Shown here in pieces: positions 1-11,400 of a stretch of 29,866 nt of DNA. The translations under genes and the position numbers were made by a program. The notes beneath the pieces were generated by a model. The model was not told the DNA's origin. It saw nothing but the letters and a program-made list of their open reading frames with translations, and did not search any database. Source of the stretch: a virus (Duplodnaviria; Caudoviricetes); IMG/VR virus record IMGVR_UViG_3300037467_000050, positions 1 to 29,866 of that record; one strand, given 5' to 3'. Each line of letters begins with the position of its first letter. Position 1 is the first letter of the stretch.

Positions 1-3000
1 GGTGCCAAGTGGCTTGGCTCTCAAATGGCCGGTATGTTTAACATCAGTTCCAGCGCACAGGGCAAGTTCCTTGGTGCTCTAAAGAGTGCAGGCCCAATCA
101 TTGCTGGTGTTGCCATGGCCGGTGCCGCTGCATGGATGTACTTTAACAATCAGGTACAGGACAGTATCGACAAGGTTAAGGACTACAACCGTTACGCTCA
201 GGACATGGCTGACATGCTTGGTTACTCTTACACAAGCAAGGGTCCAATGGAAACAAGCAAGGGTGTTGATGGTAAGACCTCTGCTGACTTCCTAGCGTCT
301 GAAATGACCATGAAGAACCCTAACGCTGCCGCCGCATTCAAGAAGATTCAGGCTCAGGAAGAGGCCGCACTAAAGGCTACCGGAAAGAGCACTGGTGAAA
401 TCTGGGGTGCCGCTATTGCAGCCGGTGTTGACGCTAAGTTGCACGGTGCTACGGTACAGCAGGCAAAGGACACCGCTCGTGTTGCTCTTGCTACCATGGG
501 CAAGCGCTTTGATGACGCTCAGTTCGAAATTGAGATTAACGGTAGAGTCAACTTTGATGATATCGACTCAATGATGAGAGCCAAGATCGTTGAATGGCAG
601 ATTCTGCTTAACAACGCCCTAAACCCTGACCACTCTTGGATGGAGGGTCAACTAAACGACAACGAACTATTCCAAGCAAGTGTTGAGTCAGCCAAGAAGG
701 CTGGTCTTGACTTCATGCAGGCATTCTTGAACACCGACGACAAGGACAAGAAGGCCATGCTAGACAAGTTCTCTCAGCAGACCGACAAGTTCGTTAATGA
801 CGCATACGCAAAGGCAATCAAGAACGACAAGAATGGTGACCTAAAGAAGAATGGCGTTAACAACGCTTATGACTTCCAGAAGAAGATTCTACAGACAACG
901 GCTGCTAACTCATGGATGACTAAGGGATTCATGAGCGATGACCAGTTCGGTAATCTTCGTCGCCAGATGCAGTTCCTACAGGTTGCTGCACAGGAGGCCG
1001 CTAAGGCCGGTGGTGTAGCAGAAGACGCTATTCCCGGTATCCAGAAGTTCTCTGACCTATTCAATCAGGGTGCTATTAGTGAGGACTGGTCAGCAGCAGC
1101 ACCCGGCATTCTTGACGTTTCTGGTGCAGTTAACTCTGTAACCGGAGCAGCAGATGGAGCAGGAAAGGCAGTTACGGCTGCCGCAAACGCTATTGATTAC
1201 TTCAAGTCTGTGGCCGGTGGTGCGCAGGTAGATACCGAGAAGTTCGACGCTGCCCTACAGACCCTAGGCTACAACGCTGGTGTTACCTATGACTCTATCA
1301 AGGAGGCTTACACAAACGTATACCAGAACGCACAGGGCAAGATTTTCGATGAAGCCGCACGTGCTTTCGAAGATGCAACTCAGGCTGCCCTTGACGCTTC
1401 CGCTCAGGAGGGTCAGAACAAGATGGATGCCTTGGATAAGAAGGCAGACCGTATTTCTGACAAGTATGACAAGAAGTCGAAGGACTTGGAGAACCGTCAG
1501 AAGCAGGAAGACAAGAACCTAAAGAAGTCTCAGGACGCTCGCAAGAAGCGTGAGACGGATATGTACGATGCCCGTTTGAAGGCTATCGATGAGGCAATTA
1601 AGGCTGAGCAGAAGGCCGAAGAAATGCGTCAGAAGATTTTCGAGGCTGAGCAGACCCGTATCCAGCGTCTTTCTGAAATGTACAACAGCAACATCGATAT
1701 CAACATGGCAATTAACTCGGGCCAGATGGACGAGGCTGCAAAGTTGGTGTCGAATGCACAGGCACAGCAGGACGCATGGAACGTCTCTGACGCCGCTGAC
1801 GCATCTAAGACTGCTTCCGATCAGCGCATCGAAGACCTTAACAAGAAGAAGGATGCCGTCTCCAAGGAGAAGGACGCCCGCATGCAGGCTATCGATGAAA
1901 TCGAGCAGCGCGAAAAGGATGCGCTAGAAGCCAAGCAGCAGCGTGAAAAGGACGCTCTAAAGGTTCAGGAAGACAACGCTAAGAAGTCTATTGACGCCGA
2001 GAAGAAGGCTCAGCAGAAGACTAACGAGAACAACCAGAAGGCTCTAAAGAAGCGTCTGGAAGACCGTAAGCGTGAACTAGACGATGAACTTACGGCTCTA
2101 CGTAATCACCTTCCTTCAACCGAGGCCGAAATGAATAAGCAGATGGGCCAGTTGAAGGGTCTTTACGACAAGTACGGCAAGGACGTCAACATGAAGTCTC
2201 TTTCATGGGCAAAGACCGGTGCAGGTTACCTAACTCAGCAGTACGAGGCTGAGCGCGGTAAGTTGGCATCTAATGTCGAATGGGCAAAGGTTGGTCAGGA
2301 CATTGCTGCCGCTATGCTAAAGGGTGCCTTTGGTATGGATGCCAAGCAGTTCGCTGCATGGATCAATGGTGGAACCGCACCTGACAACTCACTATTCGGT
2401 AAGAATGCAACCGGATTTGTTAAGTCTCAGAGCAGCAAGTCTACTCCACGTACCGGAGCAAAGCCGGGTAACTACGCCGGTAGAGCAAATGACCCTAACA
2501 TGGGATCATGGCACACCGGAGGTATTGTTCACCACGGCGGAGGATCAGGACGTGTTGGTAAGTCTGGTAAGTACGCAACTCCTTCTGAGGTTCAGGCAAA
2601 CTTGCTTGTTGGTGAGGGTGTTGTTAGCCGTAAGGGCATGAGCGTTCTAGGAAAGGCTGGTCTGGATTACATCAACTCCGGTGGAGGCATCGGTGGTGGA
2701 GGTATGGGCCTTGCCGGTGCAATTGGTGCTTCGGCTGGTGCCGCTCTAGGAAGCCAGATGATTTACGCTACCCTAGCAGGTTCTGTAAGAAAGCGTATGG
2801 GCGAAATTGGAAACTACACCGGTAGCAATTCTGGTGTACAGGGAGACTGGATGGGCAATGCCCTAAACAACCTTGGCGCAATTGGCTCTAACGTTGTCTA
2901 CAAGTCTGGAAAGGTCGTTTACCTAGGCCACGACGGTATTAACCGTGGTGGAGACTACTCAGGTCTGGTACGTCCAGTATCGGGTCCAGTCGCTTCTGAG

Positions 3001-3597
3001 TTTGGTCCTCGTAACCTTCTAGGAATGTCATTCCACAATGGTATCGACATTATGGCTGCCAGCGGCACGCCAATTCGTGCTGCTAAGGGTGGACGAGTAA
3101 TCTTCACCGGCTGGGACAACACTGGTTACGGTAACTACACCGAAATTCAGGCTCGTGACGGTTCTATGTATGGATATGGTCACCAGTCTGCAATTAACGT
3201 GCGCGCCGGTATGAATGTTGCAACCGGATCGATGATTGGTCGTATCGGTTCTACCGGTAAGTCAACTGGTCCTCACCTTCACTTCCAGATTGGTAACCAC
3301 GGAAACTGGTTTAACCCTCGTAAGGTAATGCCTCAGTTGAACACTGGTGGATTTATCCAGAGCGACGGTTTGGCTAAGTTGCACAAGGAAGAGGTTGTTT
3401 TGACAAAGCCTCTAACCCGCGACCTAAAGGAAGGTGTGCAAAAGTTGTCAGATGGTGGATCGGTTCAGTATAATGTAACTCTAGACTTTAATGGTGCATC
3501 ATTCGATAGAGGAATTGATTTCCAGCGTGAAGTCGAAACTGCACTAAGAACTATTGACCGCAAGCAGGGCGGAAACCGAAAGATTGGAGGTAGATGA
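1..3597 (+). CDS. Tape measure protein (5'-truncated) with C-terminal M23 peptidase domain
   Basis: Frame is open from base 1, so the start lies upstream. Ala/Gly-rich helical region, long K/E/Q coiled coil, and M23 motifs HNGID (~3034) and HLH (~3274). Directly precedes minor tail genes. Confidence 0.9.
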   Translation, partial: GAKWLGSQMAGMFNISSSAQGKFLGALKSAGPIIAGVAMAGAAAWMYFNNQVQDSIDKVKDYNRYAQDMADMLGYSYTSKGPMETSKGVDGKTSADFLASEMTMKNPNAAAAFKKIQAQEEAALKATGKSTGEIWGAAIAAGVDAKLHGATVQQAKDTARVALATMGKRFDDAQFEIEINGRVNFDDIDSMMRAKIVEWQILLNNALNPDHSWMEGQLNDNELFQASVESAKKAGLDFMQAFLNTDDKDKKAMLDKFSQQTDKFVNDAYAKAIKNDKNGDLKKNGVNNAYDFQKKILQTTAANSWMTKGFMSDDQFGNLRRQMQFLQVAAQEAAKAGGVAEDAIPGIQKFSDLFNQGAISEDWSAAAPGILDVSGAVNSVTGAADGAGKAVTAAANAIDYFKSVAGGAQVDTEKFDAALQTLGYNAGVTYDSIKEAYTNVYQNAQGKIFDEAARAFEDATQAALDASAQEGQNKMDALDKKADRISDKYDKKSKDLENRQKQEDKNLKKSQDARKKRETDMYDARLKAIDEAIKAEQKAEEMRQKIFEAEQTRIQRLSEMYNSNIDINMAINSGQMDEAAKLVSNAQAQQDAWNVSDAADASKTASDQRIEDLNKKKDAVSKEKDARMQAIDEIEQREKDALEAKQQREKDALKVQEDNAKKSIDAEKKAQQKTNENNQKALKKRLEDRKRELDDELTALRNHLPSTEAEMNKQMGQLKGLYDKYGKDVNMKSLSWAKTGAGYLTQQYEAERGKLASNVEWAKVGQDIAAAMLKGAFGMDAKQFAAWINGGTAPDNSLFGKNATGFVKSQSSKSTPRTGAKPGNYAGRANDPNMGSWHTGGIVHHGGGSGRVGKSGKYATPSEVQANLLVGEGVVSRKGMSVLGKAGLDYINSGGGIGGGGMGLAGAIGASAGAALGSQMIYATLAGSVRKRMGEIGNYTGSNSGVQGDWMGNALNNLGAIGSNVVYKSGKVVYLGHDGINRGGDYSGLVRPVSGPVASEFGPRNLLGMSFHNGIDIMAASGTPIRAAKGGRVIFTGWDNTGYGNYTEIQARDGSMYGYGHQSAINVRAGMNVATGSMIGRIGSTGKSTGPHLHFQIGNHGNWFNPRKVMPQLNTGGFIQSDGLAKLHKEEVVLTKPLTRDLKEGVQKLSDGGSVQYNVTLDFNGASFDRGIDFQREVETALRTIDRKQGGNRKIGGR

Positions 3598-3598
3598 T

Positions 3599-4003
3599 AT
3601 GGCGACTGTTGTATTGCCTAAGGGTTCCCTGATGAGTTTTAATGGAAATGCTATCACTGAGCACAATAGAGGTGAAGTAAGCGTAGAAATTACTCGTATC
3701 GAGAATTCAGACAGAATGCATGATGGAACGCTACGTAAGGTAGTTATTGCCGATAAGTTGAAGTGGTCTACATCGTGGAATGATCTTCCCGATGTTGATG
3801 CTAAGGCTGTTGACGGAAAGTGGGCCGGTAAGTCGCTAGAAGCATTCTACAAGGCCAATCCCGGTGTCTTTGTTCTAAACATCAAGGAGTCAGGGGTAGC
3901 CACCAACTACAACGCAGTAATTACAGATTTTAGTAAGACCGTAAAGAAGCGCGGAGACGGCGTGGAACTTTGGGATATCGACATTACTATTGAGGAAGTA
4001 TAA
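3599..4003 (+). CDS. Minor tail protein (distal-tail-like)
   Basis: ATG at 3599 follows RBS GGAGG (3586-3590), just after the tape measure stop. 134 aa, beta-rich, ends in DITIEEV. Position after the tape measure gene is typical of Dit-like proteins. Confidence 0.7.
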   Translation: MATVVLPKGSLMSFNGNAITEHNRGEVSVEITRIENSDRMHDGTLRKVVIADKLKWSTSWNDLPDVDAKAVDGKWAGKSLEAFYKANPGVFVLNIKESGVATNYNAVITDFSKTVKKRGDGVELWDIDITIEEV

Positions 4004-4006
4004 GAT

Positions 4007-7000
4007 TTGAAGTCAGCATCTACAGCAACAATTAATACCCTAAAGCAGTCTGTCGCAGTGCAAACCACACTGCGACTAATTGCTGAATGGAACATGAACC
4101 GTTATTCTCCAATTGCGAGTATCACTAACGGTTCTGCGGCATCCCCAATTGCTGATGGAAACCCTGATCTTTTTCCAATCGAGAGCATTGCCGATCCAAT
4201 TAGACCTAAGTCTTCTGGACTTGTAAAGGCCCGTGGCACGACCGGTGCACGAAAGGCCATTAAGGCTGACGGCTACGTATCGACAGGGTACATGGGAAAC
4301 CCAAATGGTCCTCGCTATGTTGCGTCTTCTGCTGACTCAAAGTACAAGTATTGGCAGTCTCCTGCTGAGTCTGCCGGTGCCATTTACAGTATCACACCGC
4401 AGACAATCAGCAATGTGACACCAACCATTATCTACACCGGTAACACATGGACTAACAAGATTCTTGTGGCTATCGAAAACACCTATGCATGGCCTACCGG
4501 CTGGACAGTTCAGATTACTACGGACGGTACCAACTGGACTACTATTTCTACCAACCCTACAATCCCTACCAACGGACGAGTTGAACTCTACCGTCAGGCA
4601 GACGGATCGTGGGGAACTACGGTTTACCGTGACAACCCAACGCAGATTCGCGGTGTGCGCATTAACGTTACTCAGATGAGCGCTGGTAAGGTGTACTTCT
4701 CCCTAATCGAAATGGGAGCGCGTCTAGAGCAGGACTTGACTCCATACGTTATCTCTTATGGCTCTGACTTTGAAATGTCAGACTACTCCTTTGTTGCCCC
4801 TCTGGGTAAGGCATCGGCTAACACCGCTAGCGTAACGCTTGCCAACTTTGACAACCGATTCAGCAATACCAACAGTTCCTACATTTACAATGGGCTGCTG
4901 GATAAGAACGTAGAAATGCGTATGGACGTGGGTATTACCTCCGATTCCTACACGACTATTCCGAAGACCTACGAGTACATTCGTCAGTTCACCATGCTCA
5001 CCGATGTGTGGAATGGACAGGAATTGGACAAGGTAGACCTAGCACTACAGGATCACTCACAGATTCTACAGCAGATCAAGCCCATCGGTCGCGTGTATGA
5101 GCAGATGACCGTATCCGAAATCATTTGGAGAATGCTAGATAGCATCGGCTTCACATCCTATTTTGTTGACCCGGCAGACGCCTCTTCACAGACTGTTATT
5201 CCTTACTACTGGACTGATGGTTCGAAGACTGCATGGGAGATTCTAGAAGAACTCACCGAGCAGACACAGACGGCGGTGTGGTTTGACGAATACGGCATCT
5301 TGCAGATTCTTCCACGTACCGCTGCCTACAAGTCTACTATTTCGCCGGTATGGAATCTGAACCGTTCTCTCAACGGAACAGAACTAGCAAACATCATCAG
5401 CCTAACTCACACCAATGACTTTGAGGCTAACAAGGTAACCATCAACTACTACGAGACAGATATCTCAAAGGAAATCAATGGAGTTATCCCAATGGAGTCT
5501 GTGTGGCAGCCTGACGGTGATCTTGTGCTACGCTCAACTCACCTTACTATGTCATTGACAACCGCGTCTCCAAGCCTACGCATTCGTCCAACAGATGCCA
5601 AGTATTGGCCTTACACTGGCGTTATTGAAATCGAAGGCGAGTTCATGCGTTACACCGCAAAGGGATACCAATACTACGATGCTGCCGGTGTTCTACAGTC
5701 GAAGTACATTTCAAGCAACGACGATAAGATCGCTTTGGATAAGTTGAACCCAAGCAAGTCATTCATGAATTACTTCAATGGTTACTTGTGGATGGGACTG
5801 GCTAACAGAGGACTATGGAGCAGCGTTCCAAAGGCTCACACCGTTGACGCCTCTGGCTACACGCCTCGCGTTAGAAAGTCAAGTGGTACGCCGTACCTTT
5901 GGATCGGTGGATTCAGACATGTCCCAGACGAGGGAGTTGCCCGTTTTCTTCCAGCAAAGACGCACAATGCCGCAACATGGTATGTCGCTTCTCGCGGTGC
6001 AGAAGGCGACTCTCCGATTACCTATTTTGGTACTCGCGTAAAGTTCACAACCGATAAGGGCTGTGGAGGTCTTGCCTTGAACCTAACGGGTACTGGCGAT
6101 GCTGGATACTACATCGAACTATACCAGACAAATAACTTTGTTGGTTATGCAACCGGTAGAAACATTACAAACGAGATTGCCATGTACTGTAGATACAGTA
6201 ATGGAACATCGTCAGCCCGATTTGGACCTAACGGCGGTAAGGGCGTGCCTTACGCAATTGCTAAGAATCAGTGGTACGACATTGATGTATTTGTGACATA
6301 CTCAACTGGTCAGCCTGTGTACAACATCTTCATTGATGGTGTTCTGAGAATGACCGCTGCCACCCCAGCCGGTATGCCAAAGCCTGCCACGTCTGGTCGC
6401 TGGGGCGTATTCACCCGTGGTGAAACCGGTATGGATATCGAGTACGTTTACGCATCAAATGCAGTGGAGGCTGCCACCTTCGATGAGTCAACTGTTTATG
6501 ACAGAATCAAGAAGGGATACGTCTCTACGCAGTTGATTAACGAGTGGAAGTACAATACTCGCACAGCATACCGTCTGTCGGGAAAGAAGAAGGTCGCCTA
6601 CACCCAGCGTTACAACCAACTTTTTGTCGATGAGTTCGGGGCCGGTGTACACGAGGTTCGTGAAATGGACGTTAAGTTCGAAAAGCCCGTAATGCACTCT
6701 CGCCTATACATGTCTAATGACTCACAGGCTATTTGTCCTGAGTACACACCGTCAGCATTTGGTGCTAAGTTCATTATTGCCAACACGAGTAGACTTAATG
6801 CTATCGTTAACGGTACAGATGATGTGACCTTCGGCCCAGACAACTCTGTGGAGCAGAAGACTCTTATCTATGGTCGCACCATCAATGTTTCCGATTCTGC
6901 AAAGCAGATTGAGGTTAGCGACGATAACGCTATTCGCAGGCGCGGAGAAGTAGAATTGGAAATCGACTCCAAGTGGATTCAGAACAAGGACTCTGCTCAG

Positions 7001-7222
7001 GCTATCGGTGACTGGATCAAGACCCATTGGGCCGGTGGAATGGATGAAATCGAAGTAGAGTCATTCATGAATCCTTTGCTACAGGTTGGAGACGTTGTTG
7101 GCGTTAACTATTCCCCTGCCGCTATGACCGCTGCAACTCACAAGTATTTTGTTGTGAAGATCAGCAACTCATACGATAATGGAATGAAGACCACTCTGAC
7201 CCTTCGACGTGCAAAGATTTGA
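4007..7222 (+). CDS. Large minor tail protein (baseplate hub/Tal-like) with inserted beta-sandwich domains
   Basis: 1071 aa, TTG start, RBS GAGGA (~3992). Hub-like segments (TAWEILEEL..AVWFDEYGILQI and C-terminal NPLLQVGDVV..YFVVKISNSY). Tail-module context. Confidence 0.8.
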   Translation: MKSASTATINTLKQSVAVQTTLRLIAEWNMNRYSPIASITNGSAASPIADGNPDLFPIESIADPIRPKSSGLVKARGTTGARKAIKADGYVSTGYMGNPNGPRYVASSADSKYKYWQSPAESAGAIYSITPQTISNVTPTIIYTGNTWTNKILVAIENTYAWPTGWTVQITTDGTNWTTISTNPTIPTNGRVELYRQADGSWGTTVYRDNPTQIRGVRINVTQMSAGKVYFSLIEMGARLEQDLTPYVISYGSDFEMSDYSFVAPLGKASANTASVTLANFDNRFSNTNSSYIYNGLLDKNVEMRMDVGITSDSYTTIPKTYEYIRQFTMLTDVWNGQELDKVDLALQDHSQILQQIKPIGRVYEQMTVSEIIWRMLDSIGFTSYFVDPADASSQTVIPYYWTDGSKTAWEILEELTEQTQTAVWFDEYGILQILPRTAAYKSTISPVWNLNRSLNGTELANIISLTHTNDFEANKVTINYYETDISKEINGVIPMESVWQPDGDLVLRSTHLTMSLTTASPSLRIRPTDAKYWPYTGVIEIEGEFMRYTAKGYQYYDAAGVLQSKYISSNDDKIALDKLNPSKSFMNYFNGYLWMGLANRGLWSSVPKAHTVDASGYTPRVRKSSGTPYLWIGGFRHVPDEGVARFLPAKTHNAATWYVASRGAEGDSPITYFGTRVKFTTDKGCGGLALNLTGTGDAGYYIELYQTNNFVGYATGRNITNEIAMYCRYSNGTSSARFGPNGGKGVPYAIAKNQWYDIDVFVTYSTGQPVYNIFIDGVLRMTAATPAGMPKPATSGRWGVFTRGETGMDIEYVYASNAVEAATFDESTVYDRIKKGYVSTQLINEWKYNTRTAYRLSGKKKVAYTQRYNQLFVDEFGAGVHEVREMDVKFEKPVMHSRLYMSNDSQAICPEYTPSAFGAKFIIANTSRLNAIVNGTDDVTFGPDNSVEQKTLIYGRTINVSDSAKQIEVSDDNAIRRRGEVELEIDSKWIQNKDSAQAIGDWIKTHWAGGMDEIEVESFMNPLLQVGDVVGVNYSPAAMTAATHKYFVVKISNSYDNGMKTTLTLRRAKI

Positions 7223-7247
7223 CGTACACTCTTTACTACAATATAAT
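7219..7247 (+). promoter_or_regulatory. Sigma70/HrdB-type promoter, probably leaderless
   Basis: TTGACG (7219-7224), 17 bp spacer, TATAAT (7242-7247). ATG follows 6 nt later at 7254 with no SD sequence. Confidence 0.8.
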
Positions 7248-7253
7248 TGAGTA

Positions 7254-7595
7254 ATGGTTGATAAGAAGGACGAGACGGTAATTGATCCTAACTTTTTCCT
7301 GCCGCCTAACGTATATGATTTTCGTTATGTAGACAGCGATCAAGCGGGAAGCGACAGCCCAACAGATGCAGAAGACAATACTGTTGAGGGCGATCCTATT
7401 GTCAATCCTGAATCAGATACTACGATTGATACGGCACCAGAAGAAAACAGCCAGTTGCCAATTCCCGACTCTATTACGGTAGTATCTCAAACAGTCAAGG
7501 CAGCAGCCGGTGGAGGATATCTAGTAGATATCGTTATCGATATCCCAGATATGAGCGGCGTAGAATCTTATGATGTAGCGGTGACGAAGGCTTGA
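7254..7595 (+). CDS. Hypothetical acidic protein, probably virion-associated
   Basis: 113-aa ORF within the tail module. Its stop overlaps the next start (TTGA). Confidence 0.7.
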   Translation: MVDKKDETVIDPNFFLPPNVYDFRYVDSDQAGSDSPTDAEDNTVEGDPIVNPESDTTIDTAPEENSQLPIPDSITVVSQTVKAAAGGGYLVDIVIDIPDMSGVESYDVAVTKA

Positions 7596-8476
7596 AGGGT
7601 ATTTACAGATTTTATCAGAATGGTGATCTTGTCCATGAGGAAGAAAACCTCATTACTACAAATGGCAAGGTCGCCATTCTGCGCTACCTAGCGGGATACA
7701 GCGCGCACTTCGGTAGGTCAATCCGTCTGGGTGTAGGCACCACAGCCGCTAACGCAGCCGATCAGACGCTAAACTTTGAGAACGTACAGGCACCTGTCAC
7801 TCTAATTTCTCCCGACTACACAAACACTTGGCTAGTCTTCAAGGCTCGTGTGCCAGAAGATCGAGCCGGTACGTTCTATGAGGTTGGACTAAACACTGCT
7901 TACAACGATCAGGTACAGGCTTTTGGCTCTGCTCAGATTCTTACCTTTGACAATTCTATTGAGCCATGGACGGCTGGTACGTATAACACAACTACCGCTC
8001 GTGTCAGCGCGGGTAATCTGAGAATCGCTCCCGGTGCTGCATCAACGACCGTCGCTGCAACGCTTGACACTTACCTAGACCTTTCGGGGTACTCAGCATC
8101 AGATGATATGAAGTTGGCGTACAACGTCGCTGCTAACGTAGCATCAATGTACATTAGATTCTACACGGATGCTACCAACTACTTCACATATACAATTACA
8201 GCACCAACGGCAGGATACAAGATTTCAACCTTCAACAAGGGAAACTTTGTAGCAACAGGTGCTCCAAGTTGGTCATCAATTACTCAGGTTGGAATTTCGG
8301 TAACATCGAATGCCACTGGTGGAACCACTGTTGATTTCGATGGTTTCAGAATTGATGACAAGGACACCTACAACCAAGTGGAAACATTGGTTAGCAGAAC
8401 CGTTTTGGGAACACCGGTAACGAAGGCAGCCGGTGTGCCGCTCGATATTGAATACACGTTGGACCTAACACTATGA
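7592..8476 (+). CDS. Minor tail protein
   Basis: 294 aa. N-terminus NLITTNGK..LGVGTTAA..DQTL resembles tail collar/baseplate proteins, followed by a beta-rich insert. Coupled to neighbours by TTGA/ATGA overlaps. Confidence 0.75.
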   Translation: MKGIYRFYQNGDLVHEEENLITTNGKVAILRYLAGYSAHFGRSIRLGVGTTAANAADQTLNFENVQAPVTLISPDYTNTWLVFKARVPEDRAGTFYEVGLNTAYNDQVQAFGSAQILTFDNSIEPWTAGTYNTTTARVSAGNLRIAPGAASTTVAATLDTYLDLSGYSASDDMKLAYNVAANVASMYIRFYTDATNYFTYTITAPTAGYKISTFNKGNFVATGAPSWSSITQVGISVTSNATGGTTVDFDGFRIDDKDTYNQVETLVSRTVLGTPVTKAAGVPLDIEYTLDLTL

Positions 8477-11400
8477 GAATTGTAATCCCTAATCAGCCTG
8501 CGGGCACGAACCTTATCATCAAGGCGCGATCAAAGAACGGAACGGCGTTTTCCGACTGGTCGCGCAACTTTGCCGTAACCACTATCGGTGACACCACTCC
8601 ACCAAAGACTCCTGCTAATCCAGTTGAGACTATGGCGGGAACCTCCTTTACCCTGAAGTGGGACGCCGTTACTCAGTCTACAGACAACACCCCGGCTTCC
8701 GACCTTGATCGTTACGAAGTAAAGGTAACATCATCTGGCTCACTACAGAGCGCTACGTATGTTACCAAGGATACAAAGTTTGAGTTCTCATTCGAACAGA
8801 ATGTGAGCCTCTTCGGAACGCCTCAGGCTAACGTCCAAATGGCTGTACGCGCCATTGACACAGCCGGAAATGCTTCTGGGTACTCTGCGACCCAATCCCA
8901 AACAAACCCCGCTCCTGCGGCTCCTACGGGCCTTACAGGCGCTGCTGGTAACTACAGCCTGTCCTTCACATGGAACGCTGTATCTGACCTAGACCTTAAG
9001 CAGTACCGAATCTATCAGGGTGCTACTGCTGGTTCACAGGGAACCCTAGTCTGGACCGGTACAGCGCTGAATGCAACCATCCAGATCAACGATACGACCA
9101 ATGACAAGTATTACAAGGTGGTCGCTGTTGACGTATTCAACACAGAGTCTGCAACATCAAATGTTGTTGGACCTATTAAGCCTACTTCACCAGTAAGTGT
9201 TGACACCACTGCGCCTGCCGTCCCAACGACGCTGGCCGGTACGTTGACCAACTCTGCTGACGGTACAAGTGCTTCAATGGCAGTTTCTTGGGTTGGAGTT
9301 TCAGACTCAGACCTTGACTCATATATTCTTGCTTTCCGTCAGAATGCTTCGCCGGTAAACGACTGGCAGTACCAGACAGTAGATAAGACCAACACGACTA
9401 CAACTATTCAGGGCCTAGTTCCTTACAAGGCTTACGATATCCGTATTCGTGCAAAGGACTTCTCTGCAAACTACTCTAACTGGACGACAATCGTCAATGT
9501 GTCGGCACAGGCTAACACGGCTCCTGCCGTGCCTACCGGTCTCGCTATCGTCACCGGTAAGGATAACATCACTCTTTCATGGAACGAGAATACAGAACTC
9601 GACATGAAGAACAACGCCGGTACATACGATGTAACTATTGCAACCGACTCTGGATTTACTACCGGTGTATTGCAGTATCGTACTGCCGCAACCACATTGT
9701 CTGTAAACGGTTTGGCAAGTAGCCAAATTTACTACGCACGCGTTCGTGCGACTGACTCTGGCGGTCTGTCTTCTGCGTATTCATCATCCGTCAATGGAAC
9801 AACCGGAAATTACTCTGGTCTAGGCGGCGGTAGCAAGTACACCGTTGCAGCAACCGCTCCGTCATCCCCAGCCGCTAACGATGTTTGGATGGATACCACT
9901 TCTGGTTTTGAGAAGTATTGGACTGGTAGCGCGTGGGCAAACACTGGTAACGTTTCTTTGGCATACAACACTTCACGAGGCGATGACCTTGTAACTAACG
10001 GTACAGCCCTAATGAAGAACAATTATAACTTCCCCGGCTTTGACTACAACGGTGTTGATGCCCCTACTGGTGCTAGCGGTTCGTTTGTCATTAAGACAAC
10101 TGGCTCGCAGTCAAGTTCAATTACAGAAATGATCCCGTTTGACCCAACAAAGGCATACAAGTTTGCATTCCAGTCTCGCCAGACGGTTTCTGGTTCAACC
10201 AACTGCATGTATGGATTTATTTCTCCATTCGATGCCTTTGATCTGAGCATTGCGCCTTACAACTATATGTACATCGCTGGCACCACGACGACTCTTGCTG
10301 CTGACCTAAAGCCGGGAGACACAACGGTTAAGTTGACCTCTCCTGCTAACTGGTTTGGAACAGCCGGAAAGAATGCCGGTGCTGCTACATACTACCGTGG
10401 CTTCATTTTCTGGGATTACACCGATCCTGCTGGAAAGACATGGCCTACAGGAACGTACTCACGTAATGCTTTCTACCAAGACATGTTTGCCGATGGTGGA
10501 ATTGCTGCTGACGGTACGGTTACGCTAAGAGCGCCATGGCCTACTGCTAATGGAACTCACCTAGCCGGTACCGCTGTTTCTCAGACGACCTCTGGTGGAA
10601 ACTACATTTACATGCCTACCGCAACTAACGTTGTGGTTCCAGAAACATGGACAACATACACCGACACATTTAGCGCCGGGGTAATGAATCCATCATTGCA
10701 GGCTATCCCAGCAACCGGTAATGCTGGATGGACAACTGGTGTTCCACCGGGCACTGCAAAGATCAAGGTGGGCTGGCTAATGAACTACCCCGGTGGTTCG
10801 ATTGCTGGTAAGCATGCCGTTGCCGCTGTTTCGCTTTCTACTGCTGCTGCTGCATGGGCTTCTGCAAATGGTAAGAACAAGATCGTTAGATCAACCTCTG
10901 CCCCAGCGAGCACCACAGGATATGCCGAGGGTGACCTGTGGTGGCAGGTAGATGCATCTAACAATGTTATCGGACAGTGGAGAATTGTCTCCGGTGCTTG
11001 GGTAGCAGAAAAGATCAAGAGCGATATCATTGCTAATCTTGACGTAAACAAGTTGACCGCAGGTAGCGGTTTCATCACCGATCTAAGCATTGCTGCCGGT
11101 GGTGTAATCAAGTCTGCCAACTACGTTGCCAACACAAGCGGATTCCGTCTAAGCGACACTGGTCTTATCATTGAGGCCGGTAGCACAATCAAGGCCGACA
11201 CCTTCAAGGGTGGAACCATTAACGGTACAACCATTAGCGTTGGAGCCGGTGGTGTATTGATCGTTGACTCAACTGGTGCTATTCGCTCTAACAACTACGC
11301 AATTGGAGCAACCGGTTACCGCATGGACGCTTCTGGCCTAGAGGTAAATGACGGATCAATTGACGCTAAGGTTCTAAAGACCAACACTGCAATTGTGGGC

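Noticed and set aside
1380-2100. Repetitive AAG/GAG/CAG-rich DNA
   Set aside because: Explained by the K/E/Q-rich coiled coil of the tape measure protein. It is not a nucleotide repeat array.
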